64,000 bases of DNA from the NCBI RefSeq assembly GCF_001194135.2, contig NC_068988.1:87589395-87653394 (forward strand), written 5' to 3'. This DNA comes from Octopus bimaculoides (lineage: Eukaryota). The position numbers and the translations under genes were made by a program. This document shows, piece by piece, positions 24,990 to 36,615 of the stretch; within the stretch, counting starts at the first letter, position 1; every line of letters begins with the position of its first letter. Below the pieces are notes generated by a model that did not search any database, was not told the origin of the DNA, and saw only the letters and a program-made list of their open reading frames with translations.

Positions 24990-25290
24990 TACATACATAT
25001 ATATGTACATGGTGGTTGTCTACTCCTTAAACAGAGTTTGACCACCTCCTGCACCTACACCTTAGCCCTTTCATGGCGTCTGATGTGGCTTTTTAAACCA
25101 GACAGTGTTTTGAAAAAACACCAACACAGACTGCACCTCTGATTTGCACTACCAATACCTGCAAGTAAGTTCTGCTCATTGTGGATCCTAACATGTCTTT
25201 TAAGACCCCCATTGGATTTGCAAGCTCTCTGGCACACACCACATTCAAACGTGTGCACAGACATATAATCAGAATAGCTGGTTGAAGTTT
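24990..25290 (-). mobile_element. Probable LINE 3' end encoding two intact C2H2 zinc fingers
   Basis: FECGVCQRACKSNGGLKRHVRIH and QRCSLCWCFFKTLSGLKSHIRRH (both C-x2-C-x12-H-x3-H), a non-TGEKP linker, stop at 25055-25057, a short 3' UTR and a microsatellite tail. Confidence 0.6.
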
Positions 25291-25735
25291 GTTTTCCATG
25301 GGTATATGTACATATATATACATATATATGTACATACATACATATAAACATATATATATATATATACATACACATATATACGTGTGTGTTTCAAAAGAAA
25401 ATTATAAAAATATATGTATATACACTCACATATACATACATATACTCACATAAATATCTATATATTTACATGTGCATATTCATATTGTGCATGTGTGTGT
25501 CTATGGGCATGTCTTTGTGCCGCTTGAATACTAACCAGTGCTGGTTTGTTTATGCTCCTGTAACTTAGCAGTCTGGCAAAAAAAAAAAAAACTGATAGAA
25601 TAAGTACGAGGCTTAGGAATAAAAAAAGTACTGGGATCGATTAGTTCGATTGAACACCTCCAAAGAGCTGCCCTAGCATGGCCACAGTGTAATGACTGAA
25701 CAAGATAAAAGATATAAGATAATGGAGAAACTTAC

Positions 25736-25936
25736 AAAGCCTAGCACACATTTATCCTCCCTCATTGTACCACAGCAGCCACAAAACGCCAGCAGCGCTA
25801 TTGTGCCACCAGCACCTATCAAGAGGTATGTTGCTACTTCGAACCATTCTTCTCCAACTACTACAGATACTTCTCGTGCACTGTATTCCGTAACCAAGTA
25901 CCAAATTCCAACTGCCAAGGCACCACAGCCTAATAT
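25736..25936 (-). CDS. Tetraspanin coding exon 2 (end of TM1, small loop, TM2: ILGCGALAVGIW...FCGCCGTMREDKCVLGF)
   Basis: 201 nt, phase 0/0. Acceptor ttttctctttccAG, donor GTAAGT. Shows the tetraspanin signatures 'G..ALAVGIW' and 'AFCGCCGTMRE..C.L'. Confidence 0.95.
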
Positions 25937-26910
25937 CTGGAAAGAGAAAAAGGTAAAAATTCTATAATAAGATTCAAACGGAAGCACAAGTAGAGTAAAT
26001 TGAGACATGTTCAACAGATGTGGGTAACTAAATGTAGCAAAATTATTATATNNNNNNNNNNNNNNNNNNNNNNNNNNNNNNNNNNNNNNNNNNNNNNNNN
26101 NNNNNNNNNNNNNNNNNNNNNNNNNNNNNNNNNNNNNNNNNNNNNNNNNNNNNNNNNNNNNNNNNNNNNNNNNNNNNNNNNNNNNNNNNNNNNNNNNNNN
26201 NNNNNNNNNNNNNNNNNNNNNNNNNNNNNNNNNNNNNNNNNNNNNNNNNNNNNNNNNNNNNNNNNNNNNNNNNNNNNNNNNNNNNNNNNNNNNNNNNNNN
26301 NNNNNNNNNNNNNNNNNNNNNNNNNNNNNNNNNNNNNNNNNNNNNNNNNNNNNNNNNNNNNNNNNNNNNNNNNNNNNNNNNNNNNNNNNNNNNNNNNNNN
26401 NNNNNNNNNNNNNNNNNNNNNNNNNNNNNNNNNNNNNNNNNNNNNCAATTGTATATATATATCATTATTGTCGTTTAATGTCCGCTTTCCATGCTAGCAT
26501 GGGTTGGACGATTTGACTGAGGACTGGTGAAACCAGATGGCTACACCAGGCTATATATATATATATATATACATATAAATTTGACATGGGCGCTTCTTTC
26601 TTGTCTTGGGATTCACAGTTAAACGGCTGGGTGGAATTACGTGAAAAATTACCACTGATGCTGGGCTTTGTATTTTTTCATAGCTCCCATGGTTACCGAG
26701 ATAATCTACTATAATAATACTCTTGTGTTCTTGAATGAGAAAGGAAGGGGTGATAGATGAATAAGGAAGGAAGGGGTGATGTCATACTTGGTAGTGGGAT
26801 GATGAAAATTGTACACTGAAAAAACTAAATCAAACAGCGTTTATGTAAATATGAATGAACTCGTTGAACTCTGTTTAATAAGTTAAATCATATACCTATA
26901 TATATATATA

Positions 26911-26956
<46 letters not shown>

Positions 26957-27198
26957 GATGAATGCACGTGGATATATATAAATATTTATGTATGTTTGTG
27001 TGTGTGTGTATATCATCATCGTTGTTGTTTAACGCCTGTCTTCCATATGTATGTATGTATGTATATATGTATGTATATATATATATATTTCCCATGGTTA
27101 ATGTAATGACAAGTTGATTGACATTTCAAGTTCAACCTGTATTGTAGTGGTGAAGGAGGGAGATGGATATATGGAAATGTATGTATGTATGTATGTAT

Positions 27199-27256
<58 letters not shown>

Positions 27257-27804
27257 CTATGTTTAGTGATGTGTGAGCAACTAATTTTCCCAACAATAGG
27301 GGGGGGGGGAAATCAAAAGTGCATGGTGGATAATGAAGGGCCTGCCCATGTATGTGTATACAGATATAAATAAATATTTGTATGTATATGTGTGGGAGAC
27401 CTTTAATGTGTGTATAGTTGAAAAATGAGAAAAGGAGAGAAACAAGAGGAATGAGGAATGTAAAAGTAGGTAAGTAAAAAATAAAAATAATATGGTGAGT
27501 CAACACCAATAATTCTTGAGGTCTTGCTGGAATCTACCTACACAGTTCACATAGTTTTAGAATGGCATTATGGCTGAGTGTATTTAGCTGAATTGTTCAT
27601 GTGTATGAGCATACATAACTGTATGTATATGCACACACACACGCAAATAGCCACAAGAAAATTATATATAAAGCCCACTAAAATCTATGTGTGTTTCTGG
27701 GCTTGTGAAGTGTCTGTGTGAATAAGTGCATAAGTACCACTCAATCTTTCTACACATAATCACACAAACAGCTACACAAAGATTAAATGCCTTGATTAGA
27801 TGAA

Positions 27805-28566
27805 TTAACCCTTTTGTTACCCTCTTTTTGGTGAAATTTCCTGTCTTTGTTTCAATTAATGAAGGGTTTAGTAAAATAGCTTTGTTGTTATTAAGCTGGT
27901 GTTTGGAACAAATGAACATGAAATTTTGAAGAAGGATGTTATTTTTTAAAATTTTATTTAAACCGACCGTATCGGCCACATTATAGTCTACATGTTTTAT
28001 GATCAAACTGGCCAGATCTGGCCTCTCCCACCTACCCTATAATGTCATTCTAAAAATAAACAATCACGCTAGCAAAATCTTGAAACAACAAGATAATGCA
28101 TGATTAATTCAAAACAATTACAAAGAAGTTTGTATCATAAGAGCCAAGCCAGAGGCAGTCCCAGGGAGGTTGGAATCAAAAGGGTTAAATCATTTTAAAA
28201 CAAAGAAGTTTGTATCATAAGAGCCAAGCCAGAGGCAGTCCNNNNNNNNNNTTTAAAACAAAGAAGTTTGTATCATAAGAGCCAAGCCAGAGGCAGTCCC
28301 AGGGAGGTTGGAATCAAAAGGGTTGAATCATTTTAAAACAAAGAAGTTTGTATCATAAGAGCCAAGCCAGAGACAGTCCCAGGAAGGTTGGAATCAAAAG
28401 GGTTAAATCATTTTAAAACAAAAAAGTTTGTATCATAAGAGCCAAGCCAGAGACAGTCCCAGGAAGGTTGAAATCAAAAGGGTTAAATCATTTTAAAACA
28501 AAGAAGTTTGTATCATAAGAGCCAAGCCAGAGGCAGTCCCAGGGAGGTTGGAATCAAAAGGGTTAA
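27805..28566. mobile_element. Composite piggyBac-type MITE (TTAA-CCCTTT termini) whose right end is tandemly amplified
   Basis: Starts ttaacccttttg at 27805 and ends aaaagggttaa at 28566. The internal part matches the reverse of the MITE at 40551-40777. Confidence 0.65.
28120..28566 (+). repeat. 80-bp tandem repeat, about 5.5-6 copies (10-N gap inside)
   Basis: 'gagccaagcc' recurs at 28141, 28221, 28279, 28359, 28439 and 28519 (period 80 on each side of the gap). Units differ by point variants. Confidence 0.95.
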
Positions 28567-28684
28567 GATGTGCCTTGCAAGGATAGCGCGTCTAGTTATT
28601 ACTAACAGTGTGTGTGTGTATGTGTGTGAGTAGTATGGCCGATATACAAGTGAGAAGACCAAGTTCAAAGGAGAACTCAATATA

Positions 28685-29327
28685 CAAGTTGGTATCAAAA
28701 AGTTCCCAGATTAGTTATGTTTAATAAAAAATAACTTATTTATCTAAGTTTTAACATCATCCCCTTCAAAATAGTCACCTTGTACAGTGATACACCGGTC
28801 CCAGTGTGTCTTGCCACCTTTGGAATCTGGCCTAGAAGTTGTTTCCCACAAGTGAGTTAAGGACCTTCTGCGATTTGCTCTGGATTTTGACAATGTTAAA
28901 ATGGCAACCTTTGAGCTGCAGTTTCATCTTGGGAAAAAGGCGGAAGTCTGTAGGTGTTAAATCAGGCAAATGGAGCGGGTGCGAAAGTGATGCTATTTTT
29001 TTTTTTGGCATACAATCCATTGCCTCGTTGCCGTAATCCTGCTGAAGCATGGTCAATGTTTCCGTAGCAGACTTCCAAAGTTTAATGCAAAATTTCACGT
29101 CGGCTCTTTGTTCTAACTTTCCTGTCCATGACAAAATCGCAGACTACAGCATACATGCAATCACAAAGACACAAATTTCACAACTTGTGAAGTAAACGCG
29201 GTGATGTCACTTGGCACATACATTGCGTCACGAAGGTCACTGCTAGCTCTCACTGTGCATGCCACCATGTGCTGCCATCTGTTGGTGTGTTCCAGAACTA
29301 GTCTGGGAACTTTTTGATACCACCTAG
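28685..29327 (-). mobile_element. Internally deleted non-autonomous mariner element
   Basis: ~30-bp TIRs (caagttggtatcaaaaagttcccagattagtt / aactagtctgggaactttttgataccacctag) with TA on both sides. ORF 28832-29134 fuses the N-terminal 'EQRADVKFCIKLWKSATETLTML' to the C-terminal 'HPLHLPDLTPTDFRLFPKMK'. Confidence 0.9.
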
Positions 29328-29909
29328 TATGAGTTGGATGCAATATATATATATATATATAAATGGAACAAAAACAGAATAGAGGGCATTAAAACGTTCG
29401 GACAGATAGACGATACATAGGCGGACAAGAGAAACAACAATTAGGACAGGCAAAAAAAGACCAGTCATTCTTGGCTTTCTTTCATCAATTTATACATAAA
29501 TATACATACATAAATATACATACATATATATACACATATATATATATATATATACACTACACACATACATACATATGCACACACAAGAGAAGATAACCCA
29601 AACTAATAGGTATGCGTTCTGATGATCCAAAAACCAGGATATCACAGAAATAGCTATCAGAGACTATCTCTACTATCTTTACCAGTTTTGTATAACTTCA
29701 CTATTTTTAGATTGAATTAAATGAATTTAAGTGTTATAGTCTCATCATGACTAATTGTTTGCCTTCCTCAATACTTCAACTATATATATCTATCTATCAA
29801 TATATATATATATATATCAGTTATATATATATATATATATATGTAAATATATAAAAATAAAAAGATAAAGAGAGCAATGGTAAGGTTGGAGAAGTATTTT
29901 ATGGATAGA

Positions 29910-29958
29910 GTCTTACAGCTGTTTCTGGGAAGATCCAGTACTTCCCTTCATCGGAGAC
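29910..29958 (-). ncRNA. Minimal type I hammerhead ribozyme-like motif (Penelope-type)
   Basis: 5'-GUCU CCGAUGA A GGGAAG UACUGGAU CUUCCC A GAA ACAGCUGU A AGAC-3'. Helix I GUCU/AGAC, helix II 6 bp, palindromic helix III ACAGCUGU, GUA triplet. The core has U4C. Confidence 0.65.
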
Positions 29959-31066
29959 AGAAAAAAATAAAGTAATCTATTATTATACCCATAGGCGGAT
30001 ATTTTTAGTATGAAATGGTAAAGAGTGTTATGCGCTGAAAAAAGAGNNNNNNNNNNNNNNNNNNNNNNNNNNNNNNNNNNNNNNNNNNNNNNNNNNNNNN
30101 NNNNNNNNNNNNNNNNNNNNNNNNNNNNNNNNNNNNNNNNNNNNNNNNNNNNNNNNNNNNNNNNNNNNNNNNNNNNNNNNNNNNNNNNNNNNNNNNNNNN
30201 NNNNNNNNNNNNNNNNNNNNNNNNNNNNNNNNNNNNNNNNNNNNNNNNNNNNNNNNNNNNNNNNNNNNNNNNNNNNNNNNNNNNNNNNNNNNNNNNNNNN
30301 NNNNNNNNNNNNNNNNATATATATATATATATATATACATACATATTTTCTTCATCATCTATTCTCTCTTTTCCCATCTGGGTTAGTCATGTATCTCCTC
30401 TACAGGAAGACACCTGTTTCTATCTCCCTATTATGCTACCTCTCATCAGCTGGTACAAAGCCACCTCCCACAATACTTCTCGGTCTCTCTGAGAGTCTTG
30501 TCTTGCAAATTACTTCACTACTTTAGTGCTAGTGCCACATAAAAAGCATCCTGTATGCTGTGTAAAGTGGTTGGCATAAAGAAGGGTTACTGACTGTAGA
30601 AACCGTGCCAAAGCAGATAAAGTTTGGCACAGCCCTCTGGCTCACCAGCTCCTGTCAAACCATCCAACCCATGCCATCATAGAAAGTGGATGTTAAAAGA
30701 TGATGATGATGATGACGACAATGATACAAAGATCCCTGTGAGTGCATATATATATATTCTGAGTGAATGGTATGACAGCCAGCATGTGAATGTATATGAG
30801 ATTGTGCATACACACACAAGCCTTGGTAGAAGTGTGTTTAAGAGAGTATTTATGTTACAGTGCATGTACGATTGTGTATATATTAACATGATGGGCAGTG
30901 GTGGCAGGAGGTTCATGTGTATGTATGTGTATGTTGGGGTGGGGGGTGGGGGTGAATGAATAGATTTTGGTTTCAAAATTCATTTCCGTGACACGGGCAC
31001 TATCACCAGCATCACCACATTTTCATGTCAACAGTGTTTCAGGGTCCAGGCTAAAGATATATACAC

Positions 31067-31454
31067 ATTGTTGTTGGCACTCCGTCGCTTACGACGTCGA
31101 GGGTTCCAGTTGATCCGATCAAAGGAACAGCCTGCTCGTGAAATTAACGTGCAAGTGGCTGAGCACTCCACAGACACGTGTACCCTTAACGTAGTTCTTG
31201 GGGATATTCAGCGTGACACAGAATGTGACAAGGCCAACCCTTTCAATTACAGGCACAACAGAAACAGGAAGTAAGAGTGAGAGAAAGTTGTGGTGAAAGA
31301 GTACAGCAGGGCTCGCTACCATCCCCTGCCGGAGCCTCGTGGAGCTTTAGGTGTTTTCGCTCAATAAACACTCACAACACCCGGCCTGGGAATCGAAATC
31401 GCGATCCTATGACCGCGAATCCGCTGCCCTTACCACTGGGCCATTGCACCTCCA
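31067..31454 (-). mobile_element. tRNA-type SINE family A
   Basis: Same family as 7023. 'gatatataca' at 31056-31065 and 31456-31465 is a probable TSD. Confidence 0.9.
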
Positions 31455-32148
31455 CGATATATACATAGAGGGGAGGGAAAATGATAAAGACTTCTAATGA
31501 TAAAGAAATTCCTCAGAATTCTGCATGAGGTCTGGTGGAAGAGACAGAGAGAGGGGGAAGGACGAGAAAATAGTGAGACGGAGAGTCAGTATTACATTTC
31601 AAAGTGATTTGCTTGGCATCAGAGTCGAAAGGAGCCTAAAAAATCATATCTTGTTCCTCTTCCTCCGCTACCATCAACTCCTTCCCCATACCACAATCAA
31701 TGCTCTGCATTATTCTCCCCAACTCCTTAAAATGGGGAACAAATACCAAGAACTACCTAACCCACCATTTTATTACTACCTGAGCAGGTATTGAGGAATT
31801 ACTACTCAGAGAAAATTCTAGAAGGATTTTAGTTATTTATTTATTTATTTTTTTTTTCAAGAGGCTGTCATGTACTGGAATTGACTGGGATTGGCATAAT
31901 TGACTATTTCTCCTAGCAACTATAATGACTATTATTATTACAGAGTTGGTTAACGGAAATTGTAACGACCACACATGCATGCACGCATGCATACACAAAA
32001 CTATAGATATAAACATGTACACACATACCCATAGATATACATACACATAAACACACAGTAACATAATGAGCAGCACCATAGAAGTAATATCCTAGACGTC
32101 CTAAGTTCATAGCAGTTTTTACTCTAGTTTGTAATCTCAAATACATTC

Positions 32149-32213
<65 letters not shown>

Positions 32214-32320
32214 TAGTTAAAGCAGATACATAGCTGAAAGCCTGAAAACTGGTAATCGTGTTGGAGAAAACATCTTTTGTAGTGTTGAAAGACAGAGAAA
32301 TGTATCTATCTATACTCTCT

Positions 32321-32650
32321 CTTTATTTGTTTTAGTCATTTGACTGCGGCCATGCTGGAGCAGCGCCTTTAGTCGAGAAAATCAGCCCCAGGACTTATTC
32401 TTTGTAAGCCTAGTACTTATTCTATCGGTTCTCTTTTTACCGAAGCCGCTGAGTTACGCGGACGTAAACACACCAGCATCGGTTGTCAAGCGACAGTGGG
32501 GGGGGACAAACATAGACACACAAACATATATATATACATATATACGACGGGCTTCTTTCAGTTTCCGCCTACCAAATCCACTCACAAGGCTTTGGTCGGC
32601 CCGAGGCTATAGTAAAAGACACTTGCCCAATGTGCCACGCAGTCCCACTG
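32321..32650 (-). mobile_element. Family B SINE, 5'-truncated
   Basis: High identity to 9447-9790. Confidence 0.85.
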
Positions 32651-32989
32651 CATGGCATCTCTCTATATATAAATATATATAAAACCTATGCCAGCATGGA
32701 AAATGAATGTTGTAACATCTCATATAAATGAATTACTGCGATAATTGTTTTCCATCTTTTCTACCTACCCCCGCCACCTTTCTCTCTTTATATATATCAT
32801 CATCATCATCATTTAACATCTGCCTTCGTGCATTTGAACTTATCCAAGTTTGATAATTGTCAATGCACAAAACACTTGGATCTTGAGTCACTCTGTCATT
32901 TCTGCTAAATATTAATAAAAATGTACATACACTCATATTCTGAGTCCTATTTTTCCTGTTTGCATCAACATACTCGTGTGTATATATAT

Positions 32990-33585
32990 ATATATATCGT
33001 CTTCGTTTAACATCCGCTTTCCATGCTAGCATGGGTTGGATGATTTGACTGAGGACTGGCGAAACCAGATGGCTACACCAGGCTCCAATCTGATTTGGCA
33101 GAGTTTCTACAGCTGGATGCCCTTCTTAACGCCAACCACTCAGAGAGTGTAGTGGGTGCTTTTACGTGCCACCGGCACGAAGGCCAGTCAGGCGGTACTG
33201 GCATATATGTATATATACATCAGTCATTTGACTGCAGCCATGCTGGAGCACCGCCTTCAGTTGAACAAATCGACCTCAGGACTTGTAAGCCTAGTACTTA
33301 CTCTATCGGTTTCTTCTGCTGAACTGCTAAGTTATGGAGACGTAAACACACCAACATCGGTTGTCAAGTGATGGAGGGGGGACAAGCACAGACACACACA
33401 AATATATATAGATATATACATACAAGCTTTTTTCAGTTTCCGCCTACCAAATCCACTAACAAGACTTTAGTCAGCCTGAGGCTATAGTAGAAGACACTTG
33501 CCCAAGGTACCATGCAATGGAACTGAACCCGGAACCATATGGTTGGGAAGCAAACTTCTTACCACACAGTCACGCTACGCCTATA
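32990..33585 (-). mobile_element. Adjacent family C (32990-33203) and family B (33220-33585) SINEs
   Basis: Direct sequence match to the other copies of each family. Confidence 0.8.
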
Positions 33586-33799
33586 TATATAAAAACACAT
33601 GTGTGTGTAGGGGCCCAATGGTCAGCTGGCCCCCATTCTACTTAGTACAACTCCTTCGTGTTAATGAATTGCTTCTCGTAGCTAAATCTGTAGCAGATTA
33701 TTTGCACAAGAAATTCCAAACATGGAAGGAAAACCTGGACTCAAAAGCAACTCTAGCAAGCAGTAAACTTATAACAAGGACATAGGACAGAGCTGTTAA

Positions 33800-34262
33800 T
33801 ACCATCTCGGAAATAACCATGCTTGATATACACAGAAAGGAATCAGATTGAAATTTCCATCTGTAGACATACAAGGTGTTGTGGGATCATAATCAGGGTA
33901 ATGAAGGAGAGAGACTTCATATCAACAGCCATATCATAAGCACCAACAGCAAAACAAACAGGAATTAGATTATTTTGAATGTCTGGAAGGCTCTCTTAAG
34001 TAGTTGATAGTTTTATAACTTATAATGACCTAATTAGCAGTGAGGGTAAGTGTTCCTGAAAGCATACTAATAAGAGTAAGTAAGAACTGGGTTGAAATAG
34101 TTTAAGGAGCTCATACAGTTTCTCCATCAGTGTGAAGAGCAGACTGGATGATGCTTGAGTCAGAAGTGTGATACTCCATGACAGCGAGACCTGGATTTTG
34201 AATGCAGAGCTTTTGTGAAGATTAGAAAGAAATGAAGAGAGTATTCTCTACTGTATGTATAA
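33800..34262 (+). mobile_element. Decayed RTE LINE ORF2 fragment
   Basis: 'RLDDA*VRSVILHDSETWILNAELL*RLERNEESILYCM' matches the RTE post-RT motif 'LY.ACVRS.MLYGSETW...RLERNE.SMLRWM'. Confidence 0.75.
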
Positions 34263-34402
34263 TACAGTATGTATAATAATGTATGTATAATACTATATGT
34301 ATAATACAGTATGTATAATACTGTATGTATAATACAATATGTATAATACTGTATGTATAATACAGTATGTATAATACAGTATGTATAATATTGTATGTAT
34401 AA
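34249..34402 (+). repeat. 14-bp minisatellite, 11 units (TACWGTATGTATAA)
   Basis: Units counted consecutively from 34249 to 34402, followed by a partial re-start to ~34432. Confidence 0.95.
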
Positions 34403-36044
34403 TACAGTATTCTCTACTGCATGTATAATACAGCATGGAAAAAAAGGTAGTGAGCTGGTAGAATCGTTAGCATACTGGGCAAAATGCTTAGTGGTATTTC
34501 AGTCGTATTTACGTTTAAATTCCGCTAGGATCAACTTTGCCTTTCATCCTTTTGGGTCGATAAAAATAAGTTCTAGTTGAGCAATAAAACATCATCAAGC
34601 ATTCTATCCAACACCCTTATGATTCTGATACCCCAGATGAGCTGTGCAAAATGTAAGAGCTATAATCTTGGATATGAGGAAACTAGCAAGGATCTGCATA
34701 GACAACAAAAGTAAGAAAGAATCTAAGTGTTGAGAAATTACTTGCTATAAGGGGTCAAAAGGTCTGACGTTTTTTATAAGATAGCTGGCAAACTTAAAAA
34801 GTAAAACAAGACTGAAGTGATTTAAAGTTAGGTGAGAAAGTATGAAATATGAGGAGGCAGTTGTAGTAAGAGATATAAGGAGTGAGATGTGGAGCGTGAG
34901 AGAAGTGATTGATGTCAGAAATTAATTGCACTTCTTACTGACCTCATTTACTGTATTATTACAAGTCAATACCACATTTTAGGGCCTCCTTTGGTGAATG
35001 ACAACCAGGTACTTGCAGGCTTGGGTAAGACTTTTCTGAGGAAGACTAGCAGTTCCTCATATATGTAAGTCTCCCATCCCCATGCCACTGACGTTTGTCC
35101 CAGGCAAATGCTGCCAACTTGGACAAGCATCAGTGGTGCCAGTGTTGAAGATATTGATGTCAGACCACAAAGGGGGGCCAAAACGGACACAAGGTATCTT
35201 GCCTGATTCTCTAACAATGCACCATCCATGATCGGCATTTTTTAAAATTTATTTAATAAACTCCGAAAGGTTGAAAAACAAAGTTTACTTTGGTGGGATT
35301 TGAACTCAAGATGAAGAGAGTTAGAAAAAAACATCAAGCAGTCTATCCAACACCCTTATGACTGATACCCCAAACGAACTGTATCCTCCACAGTCTCACC
35401 TGTTTATACTCCCTGTGTTGCTGGGACCCTTAGACCAACCATGCTATAAAACTGAGACATTCAAACTGCTACCACTGCCAATTTAACATCCATTTTTCCA
35501 TGCATGCAGGCTTTCAGTCAGAATTTCTATGGCTGGATGCCTTTCTTGTTGCTAACCTTTTCCTGTTTCCAAGCAAACTAATATTTTCCCAACATTGTTC
35601 ATGTTTTCATGGAAGGCAGGAAATCAATGACACTATCTATATAATAGCAACACCAGCTTACAACTATCATGTGATACCAAGACAAGAATGTGCGCACGCA
35701 CACACACAAATATAAGTTTCTTCCAATTACCATCAGCCAAATACATTCACAAAGCTTTGGTTGATCTGGGGCTATGATAGAAGATAAATGCCTAAGAAGC
35801 CATGCAGTTTGACTTGAACCTGAAACCACATGGTTGAGAAACAAACTTCTTAACCACACAGTCATGCCTGCATCTATAAAATATACAGAGTCCCATGTTG
35901 TTAAGTGGTTAGTGACAGGGAAGGTATCCAGCCATAAACAACTGAAAGCTAAAAGTACATGGCATGTACAACAATAGGTTTCTATGTTGTTATCCGTATT
36001 ATTAAAAGACAAAGAAGGACTGTGACATGAATAAAAATCATTAT

Positions 36045-36205
36045 TCAGATCTATATTTGAGAGATGAGGAATTATGTACATTGTTTACATTATTTACATT
36101 TGATGGATATTTGTCCTCATCTTGTTTGTTGTTAACACAACGTCTCGGCTGATGTACTCTCCAGCCTTCATCAGGTGTCTTGCGGAAATTTCGAACCTAG
36201 GCCAA
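36045..36205 (-). mobile_element. Penelope-like terminal fragment containing a hammerhead-like motif at 36134-36179
   Basis: 5'-GACAC CUGAUGA A GGCUG GAGAGUACAU CAGCC GAG ACGU U GUGUU-3'. The CTGATGAAGG...CCGARACG pattern is typical of Penelope termini. Confidence 0.65.
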
Positions 36206-36473
36206 ATGTAAATAATGCAAATAATGATCATCATTATTGCCATTTAATATTTACTTTGCCAAGTTGGCATGGGTCAGATAAAACTTATTTGAAGCAGTTT
36301 ATTCCTGTGCAAGGTAAAATTACCCCATAGCCAGACACATTCACACTGAATATCGGAAAGGAAAGACCTTGCTTATATGACAGTGATACCCGTTTACAAC
36401 TATCATGTGATGCTAAGACAAAGAGACAAACATAAACATTATATATGTATACACACTCACACACACACATATG

Positions 36474-36510
<37 letters not shown>

Positions 36511-36615
36511 NNNNNNNNNNNNNNNNNNNNNNNNNNNNNNNNNNNNNNNNNNNNNNNNNNNNNNNNNNNNNNNNNNNNNNNNNNNNNNNNNNNNNNNNNN
36601 NNNNNNNNNNNNNNN

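Noticed and set aside
28120-28566. CRISPR-like appearance of the 80-bp periodic array
   Set aside because: The whole unit is repeated with no unique spacers, there are no cas genes, and the context is eukaryotic.
7017-31468. Recurring ORFs such as 'LLALRRLRRRGFQLIRSTEQPAREINVQVA' that look like a signal-peptide gene family
   Set aside because: They are antisense translations of the family A SINE and its (TTG)n tail.
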